This document shows positions 54,230 to 64,000 of a DNA stretch of 64,000 bases, one piece after another. The stretch is from Tubulanus polymorphus. Taxonomy: Eukaryota; Animalia; Nemertea. The stretch's first letter is position 1. Each line of letters opens with the position of its first letter. The translations under genes were made by a program, and so were the position numbers. The stretch is from positions 21,136,950 through 21,200,949 of the forward strand of contig NC_134029.1 in assembly GCF_964204645.1 (NCBI RefSeq). The letters run 5' to 3'. Below the pieces are notes generated by a model. It was not told the DNA's origin. It searched no databases and saw only the letters and a program-made list of their open reading frames with translations.

Positions 54230-54434
54230 TGTCACGCAGTACTAGCGTGTATTATGTAACGTGTTATATTTCACCGATCACAGTTTCACGGGTGATCAAC
54301 CATGTATATTATTGTGTATATAAACCTTTTCCTGCAATAAAGTGGGGTTCAGTTTTTCGTTTGTATCTAGCTGTGTTGGAGTTATTTTTCTGCCTTTGGA
54401 GGATCTACAGTCCCAGGTCATTTTCCGTATGACA
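54230..54434 (+). repeat. 5' LTR
   Basis: It begins TGTCA and ends TGACA, contains TATATAAA and AATAAA, and is identical by eye to 60098-60302. Confidence 0.97.
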
Positions 54435-54437
54435 TTT

Positions 54438-54452
54438 TGGTCCCTCGAGCCG
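54438..54452 (+). promoter_or_regulatory. Primer-binding site, tRNA-Tyr-like
   Basis: TGGTCCCTCGAGCCG lies 3 nt after the LTR and is complementary (0-1 mismatch) to the ...CGGCUCGA[A/G]GGACCA 3' end of eukaryotic tRNA-Tyr. Confidence 0.75.
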
Positions 54453-54471
54453 AGGAAATAGAAACAGCAAG

Positions 54472-57400
54472 ATGGACGAAGAAGATAAGAAAAAATTATA
54501 CAACACGAGGAAAGGACATCGGAGTCACCTAACGAAATTATTTACGAGAGGAAGAGACGCGGTATCTCAGGAGCAAAGCGTGCAAGGTATGTCCGTCGTA
54601 TCGATGATAAAGGAAAAAATTCAAATGATGACCGATTTAGATTCAAACTTATTAGAATTTTATTCGAAAGAAAAAGAAATTTGCGACTTTATCGCCGAGT
54701 CTGAAGATTATTTGTCGGAACGAAAAATTGATTTGTCAGTGTTGGAGCATTCCGTACAAGCTCTTACGATTAATGTTCCTTCAAACCGTGATTTTACAAC
54801 TCGTCCGAAAAGATTAACGCTCGAAAAATTAAAATTGCCGACATTCTCAGGAAACCTCCTAGAATGGAAGTCATTCTGGGACTTATTTTGCGCAACAGTT
54901 GACGAGCAGTCGGATCTCTCGGGTATCGAAAAATTTAGTCATTTGATTACTCATTTGACAGGAGAAGCCAAAGAATGTCTTGAGGGCCTCCCGTTAACCG
55001 ATGTGAATTATTTCGTTGCAAAAAAGTTATTGTGCGACCGATTCGGGCAAGCTCATAAAATCGCTGAGGTCTATATGACATCCTTGTTGAGTTTACCGGC
55101 ACCCCGCTATGATCTAAAATCGTTAAGGTCATTTTACGATAAGTTAGAGAAATACATCAGGAGTTTAGATTCGATAGGGAAGCCTACTTCAAATTATGGC
55201 GCCATGTTAGTTCCGGTTCTGCGAACGAAATTACCATATGAAGTAAATTTGAATATTTCTAAAGAGCATGGCAATAAAGACTGGGACCTCGACTCGTTGC
55301 GTACGGCTATAAAGAATGAAGTGTTAACTCTCGAGGCGTGTAACACTTTGAGTTGTTCGAATTCAACTCAAGCCAAAAGTTCAACCGTGACGTCGTTGAT
55401 TTCGACCGTAGATCGCGTGAATTATAATAGACCGGTTAAACAACAACTACACCGTCCCAACAATTCGAACCGCGGTAAATGCGCGTATTGTTATTCTTCA
55501 AATCATTACGCGAACCAGTGCGAGATCATAACTGACCCTGAAATTCGCTTCAGTATGATCAGAAATGCGAATTTATGTTATAGTTGTTTAGGGAAACACC
55601 GTTCTCGAGATTGTGGTTCTCAACAGCGGTGTAAATCGTGCGGCGGCAAACATCATTCGAGTTTGTGCAGTGCTTCTTTTTTCAGGCGATCTCAACCTAA
55701 GGGTGTGCGTGCACATTTGGTCAGTTGTGAGCGTAGCGTTGATGGTACTGCGCCTACACCTCAGTTAGTACCCGCGGCTCGCAATCCCACACCACAACAG
55801 CAGTCAACAATGAGTTTAATAAATGAATCCAATTCTTACGCAAAATCAGAAACGTCTATAGAAAATGTTAACATTTCAGTAGCCGTTAATACGGTTCAAA
55901 CGATTCCAGTTCATTTAAAAACTGCTGTTGGTAGGGTAACGGGACCCGAGGAACATACCTTCGCCAACATCCTTTTCGATGATGGATCGCAAAGATCATT
56001 TGTTACGGAAGAGTTAGCAAATCTTCTAAAATTACAGATTATCAAAAATGCAGATTTGAATTTGTGTACTTTTGGGGCAACTTCGACTACGAACAGGAAG
56101 GTCGATATTGTAGAGATTAACATAATATGTACAGATGTATCTACTTTAAAAGTCGAAGCAATAGTTGTACCGGCCATAACAAAACCATTACTTGTGCCTT
56201 CTGATATTGAAACAATTAATGAATTTAAAGGTCTGCAATTTGCACAACCCATACATTACGCTTCAGATCACATCGACATTTCTGTATTAATCGGAAGTGA
56301 TTATTACTACAATTTTATTGAGACTGAAGGCACAATACGGTCGAGCGATGGTCCAGTAGCGGTTCCAACTAAACTCGGTTATGTTATAACTGGGCCTAGG
56401 AAAAATGGTAGTTCTAGTAATGTTAGCATGTTACATGTAGTATCGGAGCCTGATTCTTATAATCTTGGCCGATTCTGGTCGTTAGATATTTTAGGTATCA
56501 CGCCTCCAGTCGACGAAACTTCCAATTTTTTAGAGGAATATCTAAATAGTTCTATTTCTAAAGAAGGAGGTATCTATCAGGCAAAACTCCCGTGGAGAGT
56601 GGGTTATGGTCCTTTACCATCAAATTACTCGGTAGCATACGGCCGTACAAGATCACTCGCTCGGCGCCTGTTTCAATCTTCGTTGTTAGAGAGTTATGAC
56701 GGGATAATCAAATATCAATTAGAACGCGACTTCATTGAGAAGGTGGCCTACCCTGATCCTATTGATGATTTAGGGAAAATTCATTATATTCCGCATCACG
56801 CTGTATTTCGAGAGTCTAGTACTACACCTATCCGCATAGTATTTGACTGTAGTTGTCGTTCTTCCAAAAACTCATTAAGTTTGAATGATTGTTTGGAGTC
56901 AGGGCCTTGCCTTCTCAATGAACTCACTTCTATTCTCATACGATTTCGATTATTTGATTGCGCAGTAACCACTGATATCGAAAAAGCGTTTTTGCACGTT
57001 GGTTTAGATAAATCGGATCGAGATTCTACGCTTTTCTCTGGCTTAGTGATTCGAAAGACACTGAAAGTACATTTGAGGTTTATCGCTTTAAGAGAGTCCT
57101 TTTCGGTGCGAAATGTTCGCCGTTTATGCTAAATAGTACAATTATATATCATCTTAGAAACAATTTCAAAGGTAAATTTACGAATAACCTTTTACGAGAT
57201 ATATATGTCGACAATATTAGTACAAGCGTAAACTCTGTGTCAGATGTAATTCAGTTCTATAAAGAAGCGAGATCACTCAAAGAAAATGCCAATTTCAATT
57301 TTCGATGCTGGGCATCGAATAGTTCGCAGCTACGTGAGCTTGCAAAACACGACGGTGTACTTGAACCTTCTCGTATTGTAAAGAATCTTGGTCTCATGTG

Positions 57401-59903
57401 GGACACTGATAGAGATTTGATCGCATATCCAAAGCACGCGGTAATAGACGAGTCTCCTATCACAAAACGTGTTATTTTGAAAAGGACCGCCAAAATATAT
57501 GATCCTCTTGGGTTTTTGACTCCCGTCACTCTTCCATCAAAATTACTTCTTCAAGATTTATGGAAGCAGTCATACGGATGGGATGATTTGTTACCTAAGG
57601 ATATTTGTTCTCAATGGTTCTCTATTAATGAAAACCTGTGCCGAGCTTTGGATATGACATTTCAGAGAAAGTATTTCTCAGATCCGAATTTGCAAACTAC
57701 TGATTTAGAACTACACATATTTGGTGATAGTTCGACTCGCGCGTATGGAGCAGTGGCGTACCTTAAATCTGGTAGTCAGTCTAGTTTGATAATGTCAAAA
57801 TCTCGTGTCGCTCCAGTTAAAGAATTGACCATCCCTAAGTTAGAATTGATGGCAGCTACGGTTGCAGCCAGGTTGTCTGATCACATTCAACGTTCAATTA
57901 ATCCAACCATTGGTTCTAATTCGCCTATAAAATCCTTTCACTGGACTGACAGTCAGATTGTATTGGGTTGGTTAAATTCAGGAAAGAAACAGACACAATT
58001 TGTGAATAACCGGGTATCCGAGATTAGAAAATTAACTTCTTTAAACAGTTGGTTTTACTGTCCAGGTAACGTTAACCCTGCAGACCTGTTAACTCGCGGT
58101 GTGCATTACAATGAGTTAACAGCTGATCTATGGTTAAAAGGGCCATCTTGGTTGACCAATGGGAGTCCTCTACCTGAACAGCCTAGCACAATTTCAATCA
58201 ATTACGTAGTGGCTCAAAATTCCGATCCAATTCGTAAGAAGGAAAGTTCAATTTTTACTTTTCAATTGGGAGAAGTTATAGATTATAGTCAATTCACGTC
58301 ATACTCAGAGTTGGTAAATGTCATGGCTCTGGCTTTACGCTTTATTCATAACCTTAAATCAATAAAAGAGGATCGAAATCACGGACCACTATCGTCATCA
58401 GAAATCGTGAATGCTGAAAAATTGATAATCAAATATTTTCAGTCCGCTTTGTGTGCCGAGATAATTCAGGACTTGACTAGTGGCACAAAGAGAAAGAAAT
58501 TATCTGTAGTTAATCAACTACAATTATACATAGACGACGAGGGCATTATTAGGTGCAAAGGTCGTCTCCAGAATGCTGATATGAGTTTTGATTCTAAACA
58601 CCCGATATTCGTACCAAAATCGTGTATGTTATCTAGTTTGATTATCAATGATGCTCATCTGCAGGTCATGCATTTCGGTGTAAGTGCAACTGTGTGTAAG
58701 ATACGAGAAAATTTTTGGATCCCTCAGATACGCCAAGCAGTCAAGTCTCAGGTCAGAAAATGCGTTACATGTCGCAAAGTTTCTGGTAAACCCTTTACGT
58801 TACCAGATCCACCTCCACTTCCTGGGTATAGAGTTTCTAGATATCCACCGTTTTACTACTGTGGACTGGATTATTGCGGACCATTCGTTTTAAACAATGG
58901 CAGCAATTGTTATATTGCATTATTCACATGCACTGTAACCAGAGCAGTCCATTGTGAGGTTGTAGTTAGTAACTCTACAGACGAATTTATAAGATGTTTC
59001 CGTAGGTTCACTGCTCGTCGCTCCGTGCCAAGGATGCTTATCTCTGATAATGCTAGTACCTTTATCGGAGCCAACTCCGAATTGAAGAAGATATTTGAAG
59101 CTTTGAGTTCAACGAATTTCCTTTCAAAGCGACGCATTGATTGGCATTTTATAACAAAAAGAAGCCCTTGGCACGGAGGATTCTACGAGCGATTAATCGG
59201 TTTGACAAAGTCTGCTCTGAAAAAGTGTTTAGGAAGGGCAAAAGTAACTCTAGATGAATTTTCGACATTAATCACAGAAATTGAGTGTACGATTAATGAC
59301 AGACCCTTAGTCAGGGAAACATCAGATATCAATGACATTAATGTATTAACTCCATCTCATTTAGTTTGTGGAAGGAAAATTAATTCATTGCCTCATCCTG
59401 AGTTTGATATCAATGATCCTGATTATTCCAATTTGTCAGAATCCGAGTTGCAGAATCGATATAAATTCCTGGTTACACTTCAAGATAAATTTTGGGATAA
59501 GTGGCATAAAGAGTACCTGGTAAATTTGAGAGAATCTCATAAATCTGTTGGCGATAATTATCAAAATATCAAACCGGGAATGCTAGTTTTAATACATGAC
59601 GCACATGTTCCACGTTTACGATGGAAATTAGCTATAATTACTAAGATTTTGCGCGGGGAGGATGACCTCATTCGGTCAGTAGAGTTAAAAACTGCCAATG
59701 GTTTCACTAACCGTCCAATTTCTAAACTAGTTTATCTAGAAGTAAATGTTCCAGTTGAATCCATTCCAGTGCAAAATTCAATTTCAACTGATGAGAAAAC
59801 TCAAACTCCTCGTCCCCCTACTCGTGCATCGGCAATAGTTGCCAAAGATAGAATTTCGAAGCAATTAAAAGTTTTGGAAGATCAAGATACAGATAATGCT
59901 TAA
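54472..59903 (+). CDS. BEL/Pao Gag-Pol polyprotein, broken by a 1-bp frameshift at about 57031
   Basis: Gag: LPTFSGNLLEWKSFWDLF and three Cys-His knuckles. Protease: LFDDGSQRSF. RT: YIPHHAV..IRIVFD..SLNDCL..DIEKAFL..YVDN. RNase H: FGDSS..AYGAV, ELMAA, WTDSQ, NPADLLTRG. Integrase: HHCC plus GLDY/ISDNA/FYERL (DDE). The two ORF-track pieces, 54472-57132 and 57126-59903, belong to one gene. Confidence 0.95.
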
Positions 59904-60097
59904 ATTAGTCTCAGTTCTATTAAGATTATATTACAATTACATGTAAATAGTTTGATTGTTAAATCAATTGTTCATTATAATAATATGTAAATTGTTTGTA
60001 ATTTCGTACATTGAGATATTTGTTATACGAACTTCTATTTCTATTTTGTATGATTCTATGTACGATTTATCTTTAAACTTATCTGCTGTGGTGGGAG

Positions 60098-60302
60098 TGT
60101 CACGCAGTACTAGCGTGTATTATGTAACGTGTTATATTTCACCGATCACAGTTTCACGGGTGATCAACCATGTATATTATTGTGTATATAAACCTTTTCC
60201 TGCAATAAAGTGGGGTTCAGTTTTTCGTTTGTATCTAGCTGTGTTGGAGTTATTTTTCTGCCTTTGGAGGATCTACAGTCCCAGGTCATTTTCCGTATGA
60301 CA
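60098..60302 (+). repeat. 3' LTR
   Basis: It is an identical copy of the 5' LTR, preceded by a polypurine tract and followed by the TSD GAAAC. Confidence 0.97.
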
Positions 60303-60772
60303 GAAACCATTTTACAACGGAGGATGCAGAAATCTTTGATCGTCTGATCGCCGAGAAACTGACATCCGTCGGTATAAAATACTAGATTGAAAGTGATCTT
60401 GTTGTGTTCCTTGCACCTTGCTCCGGCAATAGTCGTTCGTATTAGCTGAAAATGAGGAAGGACTTGTGTTTACGTAGCGCCGTGTTAATCTTTTAAAATG
60501 TCGATGAAAACGTTGCATTTTTAATTTTAGAAAAGACACATTAATACCTATATTCCTATAAGTATATATCAGGACCCAGAAACACACAACAGGCTTGTCA
60601 GACCTATTGAATGCAATCAGTAGCTAGGTTAATTTCTCGCTCTACATTGTACATACAATCTGTATGGCGCATTGGATGTAGGTTATGTTGTAGGCCTTTT
60701 TATACGCGTGCATATTTTTCGTACGGCTGTATTACGAAGCTGCTGCATTAACTACCATAGCGCGTTGATAGA

Positions 60773-61764
60773 ATGGAACAAAAGCTTAAAAATATGCAAA
60801 AAATATGGCCTCGACCGATGGAACTCGTATACGACTGCCCGTTGAATGTGAATATAAGCAATAAACAACTCGTTGATGAAGTAATGAACTTGGAATATAA
60901 AGAGGATGATATAATCATAGCTACGTATCCAAAATCAGGTAACCATTTAATCAATGTTCGTTCTCTATACGCTGCCAATGCTTCGGCAACTTGTTTTGAA
61001 AATTGATTGTTCTGCCTTTAGGAACAACGATGACACAAGAAATAACGTGGTTAGTGATGAACGATGGAGACGTGGAGACCGCCAGACAAGAAAATATAGC
61101 CTTACGAATACCATTTTTAGAGTATAAACCGCTGATTGATTGTAATGCGTACGGTAAAAAGTACACGTCGCTGGAACTGTTCCTGAAACAAAGTTCTCCT
61201 CGATTGGGTAAATTCCATTTACCCTGGCATCTAGGCCCGGGTCGTGCTGTAGAGGAATTCAGTTCAAAATTGATTTACGTCATGAGAAATCCAAAAGATG
61301 TGGCCGTTTCGTTCTTTTATTTCGCGCAGTCCTTCCCAATACCATATACCGGATCGTTTTCCGATTTTCTCAAAGTCTTTATGGGCCCGGATATGGGCTT
61401 CGGAAATGTATTTGATCATTGTTTGGGTTACTGGAAGGAGCGCCATAGAAAGAATATTCTTATCATTCAATTTAAAGATTTAGTTCACGATCACAGAGCA
61501 CAAGTTGTCAAGATCGCTAAATTTCTCCAGAAAGATCTATCGGATGAAGTCATAGATAGAATCGTAGAAGCGACATCTTTCAAAGTGATGAAAGAGAATC
61601 CTATGGTAAGATTTTTCTTTGACGAGCCTTTAGCACCGAATGCTCCACCATTTATTCGCAAAGGAAAAACGGGTGATTGGAAGAACCACTTTACAGCGGA
61701 AGAAGCAGAACTTTTTGATCGTCTGATCGCTGAGAAAATGACATCCGTCGGTATAGAATACTAG
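60773..61764 (+). CDS. Cytosolic sulfotransferase, copy 5 (exons 60773-60938, 61022-61764)
   Basis: TYPKS|GTTM, KFHLP, RNPKDVAVS and RKGKTGDWK are present, with an 83-nt phase-1 intron. YYEDL is altered to QFKDL. Confidence 0.9.
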
Positions 61765-62568
61765 AACTTAAAAAAATTTGTGCTAGAACAAACTATTTAT
61801 TATCAACTATTTCAGAAGTATAGTTAGTGGATGTACATTACGTCGCCAATGTTGCAATATTGGGGCTATACTGATTAGGCCTCTTTTAAATTACTTGGAG
61901 TACGATTTTTTTCAAGAAAAATGTGTGAGGGTGAAGGGCAAAAATAGAATTGAGTATGAGAAATGGAGAAAACTAACTAACTTTTTTGCAAATCATGAGA
62001 TTGAAAATTAAGATGAACAAACTTTTAGCAGTTACTAGATTTTTTAATTTGATGATTTTTGCAGAATTCCTGGTTGCGGATCCGTACTCAAAGTAATCAA
62101 AAAAGCTCCAGTCTCGATTTTCAATTGTGGCCATTTATAATTAAATCGTCGAAATATACTCACTCACTAAAACGTGGCCAGCTACACATTTGGATTTCGG
62201 GCGTCATTAACCTTTTCAAATTATTTTTCTTGATAATCGTTCTTTCATTATTCATAAATATATTTGTGTTATACGTGTAAACCTATTCAACGACAGTATA
62301 TGTACTTCAAAAATCACGTGTAGTTAGAATGAAATATATGACACTATTTGAAAAAGGATCGTTTTTTGAGGGATTTTCCACTAAGGACGACGAGGTGCGT
62401 TACGTATACTGAACTGGTATTCAGGTCTTATTATTCACTGTATTTAGGCTATCACGTGACACGTCATTCGTTGTACTAAAGTCCATTCTGTACAGTACAG
62501 TAAACCTACGACAAATCATTACTGGTGGAGTAAACTTGTACTGTCTACTGACGACTGACTCGATATAC

Positions 62569-62622
62569 TATAAATAACAGCACTGTTGATACCTTTCGAA
62601 AGTAACTGAGAAAAAGGTTAGT
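62569..62622 (+). promoter_or_regulatory. Putative TATA box and short non-coding first exon of SULT copy 6
   Basis: TATAAATA at about 62569, a donor aaag|gttagt at about 62617, and an acceptor ttcttatag| just before the ATG at 62705. A CACGTG/TGACGT-like cluster lies at about 62451-62467. Confidence 0.5.
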
Positions 62623-62704
62623 GTGATCATTCACCTAAATATTTAAAATATCTTGTATACAATGGCTTTATTGCCAATCAATCACGCTTTCTTATAGAAA
62701 CACG

Positions 62705-63778
62705 ATGGAACCAAAAGAAGAAGATCTTTGGCCTCGACCTATCGAATTGATTCATGGCTATCCGTTCAGTGTAACAAACCATAGTAAAGAGCTCATTGAT
62801 AAAATAATGAACTTAGAATATAGAGAGGATGACATCATTATAGCGACATATCCCAAAGCAGGTAATTGATCAAACTATCATGAATTGAAAACACTAGCGA
62901 TTATAAACCTTTATTCTCGTTTGATAGAGATAATTCGTTGACTATTCTAGTATAGTTTGCAGCTTTGACGTGCTCAAAAACGAAATACGAGATTTTCAGA
63001 ACATGATGTTTTGTTTATGATATATTTCACAGGTACTACGATGACGCAAGAAATAACGTGGTTAGTGATGAATAACGGTGATCTCGAGGCCGCGAAACAG
63101 GACTATCTATCGGCACGGATGCCTTTCTTAGATTTTACACCACCGACTCGTAGCCTGATCTACGGTGATCTCCATACACCTCTAGAACTCTTCTTAAAGC
63201 AAAGTTCTCCTCGGATTTGCAAGATGCATTTACCCTGGAACCTAGGCCCGAGACAAGCTGTCGATAAATTTAAATCTAGATTAATTTACGTCATGAGAAA
63301 TCCTAAAGATATAGCCGTTTCATATTATCATTTCGCACAGGCTTTTGCTAGAACCCCTTTCATTGGCTCCTTTTCCAATTTTCTTAAAGTATTTTTAGCC
63401 CCAAATATGAGTTATGGGCCCATATTTGATCACTATTTGGGTTATTGGAAAGAGCGCCATAGAGAAAATATCCTCATTCTATATTACGAAGATTTGGTTC
63501 ATGATCACAGAGCACAAGTCGTCAAGATCGCTAAATTTCTCCAGAAAGATCTAACCGATGAAGTCATAGATAGAATCGTAGAAGCGACCAAATTCAAATC
63601 TATGAAAGCGAATCCTATGACTAATTATAAAGGTGATGGCTATGCAAAACCTAATGCTCCACCATTTATGCGCAAAGGTGAAACGGGTGATTGGAAGAAC
63701 CACTTTACTGTGGAAGAAGCAGAAACCTTTGATCGTCTGATCGCCGAGAAACTGACATCCGTCGGTATAAAATACTAA
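62705..63778 (+). CDS. Cytosolic sulfotransferase, copy 6 (exons 62705-62861, 63033-63778)
   Basis: MEPKEEDLWPRP...TYPKA|GTTM, KMHLP, RNPKDIAVS, YYEDL and RKGETGDWKNHFTVEEAE are present. AATAAA lies at about 63902. Confidence 0.93.
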
Positions 63779-64000
63779 ATATTAGTCTCTAAATTCAATG
63801 TGTTGAAAAAAATAATTCAAATGCAATTCAAATTAGTTTTAACTTGGTCGGTCATCAGTGAGTTTTATTTCTCAAGGATTATCGATTAGTGTTTTGTTAT
63901 GAATAAAGATCTATAATATAAGAACAAAGCAAACAACAGTTTTTAATTGTTTTTTCTTCCTTCTTCAAGGAAAATGTCTTTGTTTCATCCGAAAGAACAA

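Larger units (their letters stand above)
54230..60302 (+). mobile_element. Full-length BEL/Pao LTR retrotransposon (6073 bp)
   Basis: Two 205-bp TGTCA...TGACA LTRs, a 5-bp TSD GAAAC (54225-54229 and 60303-60307), a primer-binding site (PBS), a polypurine tract gtggtgggag before the 3' LTR, and the domain order gag-PR-RT-RNaseH-IN. Confidence 0.98.
53489..60385 (+). pseudogene. Sulfotransferase copy 4: intronless, 5'-PSB-deleted, split by an LTR retrotransposon (5' part 53489-54229, 3' part 60308-60385)
   Basis: GCPLNMNNAGTTMTQE lacks about 29 codons, including TYPK, and lacks the intron. RNPKD has become KNPKD. After the element the frame resumes with HFTTEDAEIFDRLIAEKLTSVGIKY-TAG. Confidence 0.88.

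Noticed and set aside
54230-54259. LTR-donated C-terminus ...LACIM as a CaaX prenylation signal
   Set aside because: The cysteine is third from the end, not fourth.
59956-60300. Hydrophobic 114-aa ORF after pol as a possible env gene
   Set aside because: It is short and AT-rich, two thirds of it is LTR sequence, it has a non-ATG start, and it shows no fusion-protein features.

Overview
This window is AT-rich, gene-dense eukaryotic (bilaterian invertebrate) genomic DNA with short GT-AG introns. It is not prokaryotic, so most ORF-track entries are exon fragments or noise. Manual splicing gives nine conserved single-copy genes in the first 46.5 kb: ZCCHC9(+), a PDGF/VEGF-family ligand(-), SHC(-), CNOT7/8(+), VWA3B(-), JTB(+), ANAPC15(+), MED16(-) and POLR3G/GL(+). 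A tandem array of six cytosolic sulfotransferase (SULT) copies follows: four apparently intact, one frameshifted pseudogene, and one intronless, P-loop-deleted copy interrupted by a very young, full-length BEL/Pao LTR retrotransposon (identical 205-bp LTRs, GAAAC target-site duplication). Introns and UTRs carry many small terminal-inverted-repeat (TIR) elements, tRNA-derived SINE-like fragments and a 25-bp minisatellite. I see no wholly new system. The best leads are the rapidly diversifying SULT array with a non-canonical PAPS-binding loop, the possibly split or multi-isoform VWA3B locus, the acidic-tailed VEGF ligand, and the very tight JTB-ANAPC15 pair. Exon boundaries were read by eye and gene names come from recalled family motifs, not database searches.
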